Below the pieces are notes generated by a model that saw only the letters and a program-made list of their open reading frames with translations, did no database searches and had not been told where the DNA came from. The translations under genes were made by a program, and so were the position numbers. A stretch of 64,000 nt of DNA from Marsupella aquatica (taxonomy: Eukaryota; Plantae; Marchantiophyta): positions 19,975,869 through 20,039,868 of the forward strand of contig OZ316892.1 in the NCBI GenBank assembly GCA_973895155.1, in the 5' to 3' direction. This document shows positions 23,300 through 36,804 of the stretch, in pieces. How positions within the stretch are numbered: the stretch's first letter is position 1; each line of letters opens with the position of its first letter.

Positions 23300-26200
23300 A
23301 CTTTAGCCAACAAATATGTGACATTCAAGTGGAGTGAGTCCTCAATCTGTCTTTTAACAAATTAATCTAGCTAGCACCACTGGCTCCACATCCCTTTACA
23401 AGACCTTGGGGACCAAAAAAGGATTCCAAAAATGATTCCAGGCCCATGATAGTGCGAGATTTAGTGTGTGCAATGGCCCTGAATTTGCTTTGGTGCGAGC
23501 TTTGGTGAAAAAACCTCCCAAGTGCCCCAACATCTTGTAAAGTCCTCTTAACAATAGGGCTATTTTTTGTCAATAGTCTCACAATTTGTTCTTTACATTA
23601 TGTTATATTTGACATGCTGAGCGCTCATATTGTCATTGTCATCAATTTTATATTGTGTATTAACTCTATGTCAAAGTTGATGTTCCCCAATTTTCTTGGG
23701 CCCTTCCCGTCCTAGTCCCCAATGTGCGCTGTCCACTCCAGCCAGATTGACTTTCATTGGTTTGTGTTCTAGCATCAACTTTGGGTTTGTGTGCTGGCAC
23801 CTTTTACTTTTTGCTGCTCGAGCTCCGTCTACAGAAGCTTCACTCTTATTGCCACCTGCAATGTGAAGGGTGAACTCTAGAGTCTTTATAAATTGAAGAG
23901 CAAACTGGAACTTTAGAGTTTTGCTGCCAGAGCAACAATTGCAACACATCTCAGGAAGCCATGAGTTTGCCACAACCCCGGGCCACAACATATTAAACCA
24001 ACTAAAGATTCTCTTAGGCAAAAGTATTGGGCTTTGTTTGAACACTTAGACTCACTTAGCTAAGTTGTCGTTGTTGCTTGCATCAGTCCAACTTGAAATT
24101 AGGCAGGTTTAGCCACATACACTACTCTTCTTCTTCAACTTTGGTTGGTTCCATTGCAAGGTACTTAGCTTGGTAAATAATACACTAACCTCTATCCTTG
24201 GCTCTGCCTTATACTTTTATGAGTGTTTGGCTTGATTCTTTTAATATCAAAGCTTTGGTGGATAGTCTTGGTTGATGAGCTTCCAAACTCTTCTTCCTTG
24301 CAGAATCTTGGTTGCTGTTCTGGCTACACTTTCCAGCAAACTCATGGTTGCTTTTTCTAACAAAGTCTTAGTGTTCAAACAGAGTCGGGTACTTTGGTCA
24401 AGAGTCACAATAGACAGAGTCTTGGTTTATGTTCTGGCAAACTGGTTCCCTCTCTTTGGGGGTCTCACTAACGCAAAAAGACACATCACTTGCAAGGAAG
24501 AATATGGTCATTATATTTGTTCTAAGGGAAGACGTTATTTTTTGTGAACTTTCAATCATTGGGATTGATATCAAATTTAACCAAGAATATCCAACTTGAT
24601 AGGGGTCAAAAGTTTCTCTATATCTGCATAAGTTTTAGGGTGTTCAAGCCTTCAAACTATTACACATGGTTGGGATCATCCATAGTAACAGTCAGACCCC
24701 CAAGTCCTCACAAGAGTTGTGATTTTTGCTTGGCAATTAAGCTCTAAGTTTGTTTGTCAGTTTGTAAACACTCTTAAATTTGCAGTTCACATTGTGATTG
24801 GTACCATGACTTAAGCTTTCATTGACAGATCGTAAGTAAAGGATGCCAAAAAACAAACCCCATGTTGTTGATACTTTCAGAACACAAACCAAAGTTGATA
24901 GGGCCAGAGCAGGCAGCTCGCATTGTAGATTGGGATGGCAATGTACCAACACCAAGAAAATTGGGGAGCACTAACATGACATACATTTTAACCACGGTCA
25001 ATCTTATTTACCAAAATTTGACAATTTCCTCTTGATACTATACTCCACACAAATTTTGGATAGTTAAAATTGGCCAATATGAAAATGTGACCATATGAAA
25101 ATACAGTCTAAGTTGATGAGATATTAGCAAGGCTAAAAGTGCTGGTGTACACGGCAACAGCTTAAAGGATAAAAACTTCCAATTCAACCAGACTACCAGA
25201 CGTGTCATCAAGAACTAATAAGAGGTTGCGCCAAAAAATGGCATGGTTGGTCATCGAAATTTGGTGTGTCATTTTGGGTGAGAAAAATCATAACCAGTAA
25301 ATATGGAACCAATAAGAGGAGAATACCAAATTGCAATTGGAAGTGGAGGATTGCAATGGTAGTCATTGTGGATCAAAGTGCCACCGTGGCCCAACCCTTG
25401 CACCAACCACCGCTGCTAGAACGCCTTCGATCCTCCAATTGCCAAACATGCCCCGAGTTTGGCCTTTGGGCCAACTCACCCGACTCACCCAACTTGCCTT
25501 AGTGGCCCTCACACCCCACATCAACATGTGCCTGGACCCTGCCCCAGACCCCACCCGACTCATGCCTTGACCGTGCCTCGACGGCGCTGTGTCTTCCCTC
25601 GCCCTACGCCCGTCACCTTCTCGTGCCCAACCTAGACCCAACATCTTGGGGTGGAATGAAATTTACCGGAGAACCCAGGGTCCCACCCCCAACCCTAACT
25701 CAACTTCTTGCCCCAAGTTCCAACTCCCCGACAAACCCTCAATTGCCGTTATTTCTTGCCACTCCGTTTAATTAGGACAGGAAGACAATGGTTGGGGACC
25801 AAAATTGGACCAAAGTCAGTCTAGGTGCAGGTCCCCAAAAGTATATATGAGGGGACCACCTCCTAACAAAACATCCAATGTTGGAAAGTGTTGAAACCAC
25901 ACCACCACCCCAAGGCAGCAGGGTGTTGGCATGTAAGGAGCCGAGTAAGCTTGGATGAGGCTACCAAAGGGTTCCATGCAAGGGGTAGGAAAATTGTGCA
26001 GCTGACAAGTGGGCTGAGCCATGTCGCTGCCCCAAGGGGTATTGGCATTGGGGCTTTGGGGCAAATTTTTGATTGCTATCTTTGGCACAGAAAGTTTGGC
26101 TTCTTCATAGAATTGAGGCAATTGGTTTTAGGGTCTCTAGACAGATTTCCTTTCATGACTCTCCTATTGCCGTCCATAACTCTACCAGGCTTTTCAGTTT

Positions 26201-26324
26201 TCACTCCATAGCTCCCTCCAACACTCCAAACCTGTGCCATGCTTTTGGGTTTCCATGTTGGCACAGTTTTTCTTGCTTTTTTGTGTACTTTTTCTAGTTG
26301 TTGCTGACTCCCTGCTTTGCTTGT

Positions 26325-26479
26325 TGGGCCTCTTTGGTCTTCTCGGGCTCTTCCCCTTTTCTCTCCCTTTATTATAGTGTCGTTTTGGCACTGTGATACA
26401 TATTGGGTACTCCTTGGTTTGTCAATGACTTAGGGTTTCACTGGAACTGTATATTACGTAATGCAGCTCTGCTTGGGCC
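26325..26479 (+). promoter_or_regulatory. Candidate telo-box plus site II elements upstream of CYP57
   Basis: TAGGGTTT at 26431-26438 and TGGGCC at 26325 and 26474; a combination common in plant housekeeping promoters, but the motifs are short. Confidence 0.35.
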
Positions 26480-26911
26480 GAGAAATGCTGGATAGCAAGA
26501 GAGGGATTGACGAGGGTTTTCAGTGCGGCACGAAGTAGTTCATTGTTGTAGAGAATCTCACGCAAGATCTGGATGCTTTTGATAGATTTTCTCCGTAGTT
26601 TATTGTCGTGGAATGTCTATTTGAGTGACAATATCTGGCGCCGTGGGTAGTTTAAACGATCTAGAGCGGAACAGAGAACTTGCAATATCGATCACTACTT
26701 TTTTCGGGATGGCCTGTGTACCACTGAGCTTTTGGAGCGGTTTGCCAATCTTCAGTGGTGCGAAAAAATTGCAGCATTGAAGAGTAATTTCTTTATAACA
26801 AGGAAGGGACTCTTTAGGCATTTTCAGACAGCAGAAAGTACGTTGGCAGCGACGACTTTCTCTTAGAATTTGACAGTTTCTTCTGGTGGATTATTGCTTA
26901 AGAGAGTAAAC

Positions 26912-28444
26912 ATGTCATCGGTTTATGTGTTGGAGCCTCCCACGAAAGGGAAGGTGATACTCAACACAACTGCTGGCTCGTTGGACTTCGAGTTGTGGCC
27001 CAAGGAGGCCCCCAAGGCGGTTCGCAATTTTGTGCAGTTGTGCCTGGATGGTTATTACGATGGCACGATATTTCATCGCATCATCAAGACGTTCATGGTG
27101 CAAGGGGGGGATCCAACAGGTACCGGAACTGGTGGGGATACTATCTATGGAGAGCCGTTTGCTGATGAATTTCATTCCAGATTGAGGTTTAATCATAGAG
27201 GACTCGTAGCTTGTGCAAATGCAGGCTCTCCCAACACGAACAACAGCCAGTTTTTCATTTCATTGGATCGGTGTGATTGGCTTGATAAGAAGCATACCAT
27301 ATTCGGGAAGGTCACTGGGGATACAATCTACAACTTGATCAAACTTGGAGAGGTTGAGACGGGCTCAGATGACCGGCCGGTGGACCCACCACCCAAGATC
27401 ATCTCTGTTGAGGTTCTCTGGAATCCCTTCGACGATGTCGTCCCTCGGCAGGTTGCGAAACCATCTATCGAGGCAGTGGTTGGTGATGCTGCCCCAAAGA
27501 ACAGAAAGAAAGCCAAAAAGGAGCTCAATCTTCTCTCGTTTGGTGAGGAAGCTGAAGAGGAGGAACAGCAATTGGCCAGTGTCAAAGAGAAGAAGATAAA
27601 AAGCAGCCATGATGTCCTGCAAGATCCTAGGCTGCTAAAATCGGCCAGTGATGCCTCACGAATGGACCCCATGGAAGCTCAACGGCGACAGGAGTTACAG
27701 AATTCGACTCGACAAGCCCTCAAGGAATCTGTGAAGGGGACTGATGGACAGCGATTTTCTAGGGCTCGTTCTCCAGGTAGTGATGAGGATGATGAGGCCA
27801 ACTTTGACAAGAGGATGCGAGACCAAATTTTGGAAAAGAAAAGGCTTATGCACATGGGAGGGGAAAAACCAGTAAGAAAGGACTCCAAGCGAGGGAAGAC
27901 ATCCACTTCTACAACAAGCAAATCTGCTCCAGCACCACGGTCAATGAGTAGTGATGATGATAGTGATGACGATGTAGCTGTGAAGAAAGAAAAGCTGTCA
28001 TTGAAGAAAAGGGGACTAGGTTCTCAGGCCCGAGCTGAGCTTGTAGAAACAGCTGACAAGGAGATGGAGCTGCTAAGCCCACTGGAACAGCAGAGAATGA
28101 AGTATAAGCAGAGGAAAAAGAGTCTCCTGGGTCGTGAAGAGAGTACACTAGCAAGGTTGGACAGGTTTACCAAGGTGATGACCAAGACAAAATCAAAAGA
28201 GACGAGTTCAAGAGTCACAGACACGGTAAAGGATGGAGAAGATAAAGCGCATGCAGATTGGCTGGCACACTCCCTGAAGTTTGAAGTTGATCCTACGAAA
28301 AAGGGTGACATGGATAGGAATGAGGATCCGAATCAGTATGTGGTGCACGACCCCTTACTTGAGAAGGGAAAGGAGAAGTTCAACAAAACGCAGGCCAAGA
28401 TGAAGCGACGAGACAGGCAGTGGGCTGGAAAATCTGTGACATAG
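26912..28444 (+). CDS. CYP57: Spliceosome-associated cyclophilin CYP57 / CWC27 homolog, 510 aa, intronless
   Basis: MSSVYVLEPPTKGKV start, FHRIIKTFMVQGGDPTGTGTGG, DEFHSRLRFNHRGLVA, SQFFI, WLDKKHTIFG, NLLSFGEEAEEEE, KSSHDVL.DPRL, YVVHDPLLEKGKEKFN. Confidence 0.95.
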   Translation: MSSVYVLEPPTKGKVILNTTAGSLDFELWPKEAPKAVRNFVQLCLDGYYDGTIFHRIIKTFMVQGGDPTGTGTGGDTIYGEPFADEFHSRLRFNHRGLVACANAGSPNTNNSQFFISLDRCDWLDKKHTIFGKVTGDTIYNLIKLGEVETGSDDRPVDPPPKIISVEVLWNPFDDVVPRQVAKPSIEAVVGDAAPKNRKKAKKELNLLSFGEEAEEEEQQLASVKEKKIKSSHDVLQDPRLLKSASDASRMDPMEAQRRQELQNSTRQALKESVKGTDGQRFSRARSPGSDEDDEANFDKRMRDQILEKKRLMHMGGEKPVRKDSKRGKTSTSTTSKSAPAPRSMSSDDDSDDDVAVKKEKLSLKKRGLGSQARAELVETADKEMELLSPLEQQRMKYKQRKKSLLGREESTLARLDRFTKVMTKTKSKETSSRVTDTVKDGEDKAHADWLAHSLKFEVDPTKKGDMDRNEDPNQYVVHDPLLEKGKEKFNKTQAKMKRRDRQWAGKSVT

Positions 28445-31400
28445 ATCATTATTGGGCCATGAATCTTAACAAACTACAATTGGACTGCATGGACACAGCT
28501 TGGACACTACAATTCCCCGTCTTTAACGGCTAGTCTTGAACATCTCAGTGACGAAAGTACCACGCTGAAGGAGGAGTTGTAGCGAAGAACATCGAAGGAA
28601 GGGAAGAAGAGCTCTGGTCGAATGTGCATTTTCTTTTGGAGGATGTGATCACCAAGTTAACCGGAGTCAGGTGGAGGCCCTATTAGATACTGAAAAGTTT
28701 ACTGCAAAGGTGCTTTGCCAATAATTCCTGTCAGCCTACTCTTCCATTGGATCATTCAGCAGGAGCCATGCACATGAAGATCATATAGTTCTCATCAAGT
28801 CAGCTGGTGGTGGGGGATGTCAGGCGCACCCTTCACAAGATTGATAGGCGGTCAAATATTCTCAGGTTACTTCCGAGTCGTCAACTTAAGTTGTTACACC
28901 ATTCAGTTCGGTCTGAATTTGGTACTCGTAAATGACGCAGAGAGATGTAGCTTTTCATTCATTTCGATCGTCTGCATCAACAGAATCTGAACATTCGACA
29001 ACTTGAATTGTTATCTGCTCCTCACTGTCGGTGGCGTCGTCGTCATCACTGATCAAAGTTGCGCTTACTCCAGCAACTGCTGGCACGTGATGCACCCACT
29101 TCAAGAGTGACTAACGAAGGACTGCTTTTAAACTGAAGCGTCGTGTGGCAGCAACCTGTGAGAATTTGAACTCGAATTCAGGGATATAATTGAGGGCATC
29201 AATGAGTTGTCCACACCAATCGAGGACTATTAGTGAGCAACTTCTTGAGTATTACAAAACACTGTGGCTTAAAACAAAGTGGTGCTTGCAACTCGTATTT
29301 ACTGAAGGTTTTAGCTTTTGAAGGCATTGGACTCACGAGAAGGTTATTGCTGAAACCTTCAGCTTCAAACAGATTCGAAGTTCTTGAAATGAGTTCTAGG
29401 TGACATATTGATTGTATGAGCACTGGCCGTACTGGCAGTGGCAGTGTGTAGCGCCACTTAGGTTGCACTTACGGTGGCACAATGATCCGCAGTACCTGTG
29501 TCTGTTGACACGGTCCTCCTGTTTCAAAGGACATGTGTCCTCCATCAAAGATCACGGTTTTAGTAATTATGAGATCCCCTAGGGTGAGTAGCAGGGGTCG
29601 TCAATTGCATTCATTCAACCCAGGATTTCATTATATACCCCCAGAGCTTGTGAGAACGTTGATACTTTAAGCTACACTAATATGTGTAAAGCATTGCGAC
29701 TGTGCTTTTACAGCCCCGAAGATGATGTTCAATGTTTGCAAGAGAAGTGTTGGGAACCTTCGAGCTCAGGCACAGCCTTGCCTGTACCTACTGTAATTAG
29801 AATGAGGTGCTTCTGTATGTTGAGAGCTCTAAGGGCAAACCAGTCCTTACCTCCTGTAGTTTCTTCATGTAGTCGGCGAGGACTATTCTATTGATTAGGG
29901 AATCATTCTGATGTAGTGCCCCGTACACACTGGATGAATGAACTTACGTTCTTTTGAAATAGCATGACATCATAAATAGCTGGTGCCCAAACCTCAATAG
30001 TTTTTGGTGCTCCACTTTTGGATTTACGGAAGCTGTAATGTGTTCATATCGAATTGTATGGCACTTTAGGTAGCGGCATCGTAATTGTACCCCCGTCCTG
30101 TATATCACCGTGGACACTGCTAGTTTTTTTTTAATCATTTTCTGAAAGTGGGTTGCGAGCAAGTGATAACATTTTCAATCCCTCGACGAAATCAAGTCCG
30201 ATGTGGGGGAAAATAAATGGATGACCAAGATTTGTAACTTTTACATTCTATATTTCGAAATACTATACTCGATTCATTTCTACCTATTCGATGGCCTGTT
30301 GTCTTGGAGGTGGCGGTCATCTTTCCAGGTTTCTTTATAAATTCAGTGGTATAATACATGGGCAGTAGTGGAGACATACTCACTCTTCACATCATTAAAA
30401 TTGGTGAGGCATGTTGAGTGGTAATTATTTAGCCTTATGTAGAGCACTCCCACTCAGCAGCCATAGGGAATCCTGGAAATCGACTGGGCATGTAAGAGTT
30501 GGGCCACTCAGATCAGCTACACAATGACAGACCTAACTGGAGTGTTATGGGAGAAAATTTACGTTCACAACCTGAGGAGTGTTTGCCTTACTTGCCATTA
30601 CTGTTACTAGAGTTTCATAATCTAGTTTCCCTATACTATGAAACCAGTGCTCCCAATCGAGCCCGGGGCACTAAAATTCAGGCTTGCAGGGGTGGAGGCA
30701 GAAATTCACCTCGCACTTGCCATACCCAAAAGATTCCTAAGCACTTGCCAAATTCTGTTTCGAGCATGGCTGTGTGTCGATACCAAAAGTACCGCCCATG
30801 TCCTGCCAAAATGCACCAATGTTCACAGTTGAGTCAATTGTCAGCTGCTAGACATAGATCCTACCATACTCTCCTTGCCATCCGCACTTGATGTGCTTCA
30901 TTCTAGTACTAACTAAGTTCCACCTGTGCAAGGTCGCAACGAAGATCTGGGTGAGGCCCAAAGTCACGCCCTTATTTGGCTTGTTAGAGTAGCGTGTCGG
31001 GAAAGCGGTGCAGATGCTCTAAGGACACTGTCTGTCGTAGTATCGTCCATGTTTGTTTTGCAGAACAATTAGGATAGGTTCAACTTTTGAAGCTATTTTG
31101 TTTGCCAAGTTATACCCTCAAGAATAGCTCATGACTTTTGCTTCTGGCAAGGATTTCTTTGTGTTATCCAAATGTGAAGGATATACCATGGGAGCACCTT
31201 TCTCTTCATTTCGATAATGGACAGTTTAAGTGAGACAAACCATCCCAAGATCACTAACTGTGGTGTGCACATTAGTGTAGTAGTGGACCCGTACTAATAT
31301 TGGATTAGGACAATTAGCATAGGCCAGAGTGCATGGCTGGGAAGTCAAATTGCCCCCCATAACATGAAGGTACAAACGAGGGAGTATATTCTCAGAATGC

Positions 31401-31621
31401 TATAGAGTAGGTGGCCTATGCTGAAGAAAGTACAGAGTGGTTCTTTAGAGCATTTTCACCGGTGGTCGGTACCTGTATGATCTGATCTGCTCCCTCCCGG
31501 ACACATGAATCACGCAACGTCATGGAATGCTTGATAAGATCATTCTGTGCTTGAATACTGTACAGTGAGGAAGCCAAGCAACGCAATGCAAAGCAAATTG
31601 AATTGCATTATCAGGTGAGCT

Positions 31622-34600
31622 ATGGCGCTCGCCGTTTTCTGGAGCACGAGCTGCTTCTCGTCACCACTTCTGTCCGGAGGGTCTTCTTCTTCTTCTTGTG
31701 GGCTCTTGCACCGATCATTCCATTTGCAGCATTCCGGAAGTAGCAGCAGAAGGAGGACGAGGAGGAGTTCAGGAATAATTGCTCCCATGGACTCTGGTGG
31801 CGAAGCCATTCTCACTTCTAAGCGCCAGTTGGGATGGGGCTCTTTCCGATGCCCCCCTCTTTCTTCGTCGAGGTTCGTCTCAACCAGTCCATGTGTTCCT
31901 GATTTTCTCCGTAACCTTCCTTGTCTGTACTATTCATAGCTAAATGCGCTTCCCGAGGAGGTCAATTCTTGGTCTTACTCTTTGTCTGGGGGATTCATCT
32001 TCGATTCTTGCTGCCCAGACCCTCGTCTCCATGCCAGTCGAGTCGTTGTGGTAGCGGACCACCTGAAGACTCATTCGTGTTTCGGAAGCCCCCCTCTCAT
32101 CACAATTCCAAATGGGTATTTGGCAGTCCAATTGCTCTGGTTCTCCGACTGGTTCGTCGTGAGCTCATGAAGAACCTCTTTCAATTTTTATCTACCCGAT
32201 GAACGTGAATGGCATTCACTGGGATTCAATGCCTCTTGACAAACCATTTGATTGTCTCTAATTCTGTACTAGTCCGATTATGTCTCCAATTTCTGTATAA
32301 TGAATTAAGCATGAGTACGATAAATTTGATAAGAGACAAATGGTTGAGTGCATGCTATAGCTAAAATTCATCGCCTTTGAAAACTCTCATGCGCAAAGGA
32401 GTTGAGAGCAAAACTTGATGTAGAAATAAAGTAAAAAATCTGTAGTCGGGCTTGGTGGCTAAATTTGGAAGGACAAGCAGCCCAGCGCCAACAATGTAGT
32501 ATCGTAGCCATTCTTTTGGGGGGCGCCCAAAAGCCCTTGCGCTCTGTGCTCGCGTTCAAGATGAGGTAGAGTTAAAAAAATTATACGTCTACTGCACTCA
32601 TACCGTATCTGATTTTTGGGTCAACAAAGTGGGATTCCACGGTCGACCCCTGATGATCGTTTGCTGTTTCCTATCCTGCCATTTCGCAAATTTTCTTGCT
32701 GACCATTTTTCGTAGTCCGGACTCATAGTTTTTCATCTTCTGCAGTGTGGTAATGGCTTCTACAGATTCAGCAGACCGTGTGCCAGATGTGGATTTGAAA
32801 ACCGATGATGTCAGCGCCCTTAAACTGCCTCCTTTGCCAGACAAGCAGGTTTTGGTAAGAACTTTCACTACTCCAGCGGTTGTCCCAGAGAGAAGGTCTT
32901 TGAACTGGGAATTCTCCAAAGTTTGCTGTTCTGGGGTGTTAGTGCTATTGTTGTAAACCGACCTCTGTGACATTGTCAGGTGGGAGTGGGCACAGTAGGA
33001 CTGGACTTTCTTGCGAGGGTGGCATCCTTCCCTGACCCAGATGAAAAAATCCGCACCTTGGACGCTTTGGTAAGATGAATTCTCTGACTTTTTAAAGCTA
33101 AATAGATAGCATTGACGTAAATAGTAAGCTGTTGTTGAACAAAATATGATACTCCTAATTATTTTCCCTGTTACTCTTTCAAATATTGTTTGATAAGAGA
33201 CTATAATGACTTGTTATAAATTTCATATTAGAGACAATTTATGGATACAGGCCCAGGGAGGTGGAAATGTTGGCAATGCCTTGACTGCTGCAGCACGATT
33301 AGGTCTAAGACCTAGAATATTCTCTAAGGTACAGTAAAGAACTGTGAGTTCCTATTTAAAGAAATATAAATTCCTTGTCTTAGAGTTTTTCTGCCTGGTG
33401 GTTTAGCAGTATGATGCGGAAGCGTCCAGTTGCAGTTTTCCACAGTTACTAGCTACTTTGTTTCTTTTCCCGTCAGTCACAGGATTTTATATGAATGTGC
33501 CGTATTCTGAAAGACCCCTTCGTTCGCTTGGCTGGTCTAGTCAGCCTGCTCCCAAATTGCATTTGTTTGTACTGTCCCAATCAAGAGCGTTGATTACCTC
33601 CAATTGTAGATTCACATGAGCTCTTACTTGCATCATTCGCGCTGTAGCTGGCAAACGACTCTGCTGGAATTGGAATTTGTAAGGAGTTGGAGTCTAATGG
33701 AGTTGATGTATCTCATATTGCGGTAAGAAGTGTCGCTTCATCTTAAAATGGTGTAGCCCCCTTATGCTCAGAATACTTTTTTATTTTGATTAAATTTGGC
33801 CCAGGGTTCTTTCTTTTACAGATTTCGTTCTTCGTGTAATAAAATTCTTCCCTGTTTTCTTGGTACTACTTTGGAATTTTCCATCCAGATTGTACACATA
33901 GGCCTCTTTCAAAGTGACTGAAGGTTCTGAATTTCACGCATCTCACGGAAATGAGTAGTATAAACAATTTTCCTATCATACATAGCACAATCTTGCCTTC
34001 GAAGTTGTCGGTTTGAGGGCTGACATTGTCCTAACTGATCAATCTGCTGAAGGGTCACCGTGGCGGTTGCTTCTTTTTGTCGCTTGCATTCTAAAAAGGG
34101 TTGTGCTAATTGGCTTAATACTGCACTGGATTCGTCATGATTGGCAGTGCAGATAGCTGAAGAAGGTGTCTCTCCCTTCACATATATCATCGTTGATAAG
34201 GAGACGTAAGAATGCCTGTGCGACTGACACAGCTATCATGTTCAAGTCTTCTAGGAATTGGAAATGCTCGCTTGTGGGTTAGAATGGCCGAACCTCCATG
34301 GTCAACAGCATGTTCCCATAGTAATACGAAATATCATTCTGCAACCTGTAAATCAGAATATATGTATTGGTCATATATAATGGGTCATGTTAAGCAATCG
34401 AATTTGGGGTTTGGGAAAAAGAACCTTGTACGGCAGGTGGAGTTTATCTTTCTGCTTCTACTTCACTACAGTAGCCAACGATGCTTTCAAGTTGTTACTG
34501 GGCTGAACATACTGGCAAAGTAATGGTACCATGGTCCATAGACCTCAATGTTGACTTCTAATCCTGTTCATGGGTTGACACTTTATTGCAGGAAAACCAG

Positions 34601-36804
34601 AACATGCATACATACTCCTGGACACCCCCCTTTGGAACCAAAAGAGCTTACTACTTCAACTATTTCCTCTTTTTTAAACGGGGCAGATTTGCTGTACTTC
34701 GATGGACGTATTCCTGAGGCGACGTTGCTAATAGCAGAGGAGGTAGTACTTTTCAACTTGAATTAAAGTATTTTTGCCTTTTAGCCTTTCATTCGGCAAT
34801 TTTGCTATCATTTGTGCTTTTACTACTTTCTACGTGACAGTCATACAGCCTCTCCAGGCATTTATCGTAGAGTGATCACCGAAGGGGTCTACTTAATAGA
34901 AAATTAGAAAAGGAAAGTTTGCAACTGGATTCATCCGGTTTTCTTGTTCAGGCAAGAAGGCGACAATTGCCAATTATTGTCGATGCCGAAAGGAAGAGGG
35001 ACAAACTGGACGAGATTCTTACCTTCGCAGACTACCTTGTCTGCTCTGCAAAATTTCCTCAGGTTGGAACACCTCAAGCACTTCGTTCAGTGGGCATCTT
35101 GTTACTCTGGTATTCTCAAACTCTCCTTTATATCTTTAGATGCTGGTTGGACTGCATGCCCCCAGCAGCCACCCGGATCTGTTTCGTCTAATAGTTGAAT
35201 TGTGGTATGACAGGTGTGGACAGAGGCTCCAACTCTTGCAGAGGCTCTGGTTAGCTTAGCTGTACAATTGCCTCGCTTGAGGTTCATAATAGTCACTCAA
35301 GGGTCGGACGGTTGTGTGATGCTCGAACGGAGCCCTTCAGGTAATCACTCGGTGCTGTCTTGCACCGTTTACAATCAGCAGGTCTATGAAACTAGGACTG
35401 TCTTCCCACGTCGTCTTCTAATCTCAAACGAAATAACAACTTGAGATCTTTACAGAAAGTTCGATCCACTTGCGGAGTTCAACCGCTTCTTTCAGAATTC
35501 CGGCTTAAGTCTCTGGGTAGTCCTGTGTCATGTCTTACACCACTTCGGGGCCCATTCTTTAGTCATTTCCTCATAAGCTGCTCTGAGATGGCAACCTCCA
35601 GACCGAGTGGATTCGCAAGCATTCAAGTCCTCCCTACCTGATTCTCAAACTTGCTCTTCGTGTTTGTTGTCAGAGGCACTTGACATCTTGGATCCCAACT
35701 CTACATTATTGTCGTTGAAAACTGAAGCTGAACAAGATCGCAACTCAAAGCCTGTGGTCTTTTCATCAAAGGTGATTTCAGAAGTTCTCTGTTGTGATGG
35801 AGATCGTCGTTGTATCTGGCAGAGTAACAAACATATGTGGCAGGAACCTTCCATTTATCTTTTTGCTTTGTTTTTCAAACGATTTGCATTTGGGCCAAAT
35901 TCAAAAGTAAGAGAAGGAGAGCTTGTGAGAGTCGGATACATTATATTCATTGTTGCTGAAGTTTTTGAGCCAGGAAACCAGCTGGCATAAAAGAAGATCA
36001 AAGGTACTGTAGATCAAGAAGTTACAAGTTGTTCTTTAGACTTTTAGTGAAGGTTAATTATAGGAAACCATGGCTCTCAAGCTTTGTGATTCTTGGTTTA
36101 TTCAGGTTGGTGTGCTAGAAGGCTCCAGCATTGAGAAAAGTTCAAATGAGGCTGTTGTGGGAAGACTGTTAGTCGGGACTGCAGCTACCCTGACATCAGC
36201 AGAAGTGGTGGACACCACAGGAGCAGGAGATGCTTTCATTGGGGGTATCACATACGGTATTGGGATCCTTAACTCAGTCTGAACCTTTTGTTACATAATC
36301 GTGAGAAAGTCTGAATTTGTGCCTACCTATTTTGCTGACTCCCTTCATAAGGTTGACTCTTTCAATGATGCGGGATTTTTTTGTGAACTTTGTGTTGTAA
36401 GTAAAAGTGGTCGATATTCTAGACGAAGACTGTCTTCAGCGATTAAAATTTGAGTCCCGAACAGTCTCCGCTCTGTTGACGAAGTGGTCAATGTCTGTTA
36501 TACATGCGATTCAGGTATCTTAGCAGGCTTCACTCCAGAGAAGATGCTACCGCTTGGAGCCACGGTGGTAAGTATTGCCCATTGCAAGATGGGAAGCAAC
36601 TAGAGATTCTAAGAGTCCGAAGAAATGATTTACAATTCGACAAGTGAAACTCTATTAGCATTTGTGCCAGTAATAACATTTAATTGACAGATTTCCTAAT
36701 TTTACTGTGATTTTCTTGTGTAGGCTGCTGCCAAATGTCAAGCGTTGGGTGCCCGCACAGGGCTACCACTAAGGAGCGATCCAAGGTTGCTTCAGCTGCT
36801 ATGA
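31622..36804 (+). CDS. pfkB-family carbohydrate kinase (ribokinase/ketohexokinase-like) with probable plastid transit peptide, ~475 aa
   Basis: 13 phase-consistent GT-AG exons: 31622-31872, 32746-32854, 32980-33069, 33251-33328, 33648-33722, 34153-34205, 34592-34742, 34952-35062, 35214-35340, 35674-35771, 36106-36256, 36515-36567, 36724-36804. Motifs GGGNVGNALTAAARLG, RTCIHTPG, DTTGAGDAFIGG; Ser/Arg-rich N-terminus. Exon 1 is the least certain. Confidence 0.9.

Noticed and set aside
22300-26300. Degraded TE-like sequence with many short ORFs
   Set aside because: No termini, TSD or protein motif that I can support.
26870-26911. Longer TTG start for the cyclophilin ORF
   Set aside because: Eukaryotic gene; the conserved N-terminus begins at ATG 26912.
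26915-28311. Antisense and alternative-frame ORFs over CYP57 (likewise over ORF A, ORF B and copia pol)
   Set aside because: Shadow ORFs of real coding sequences.
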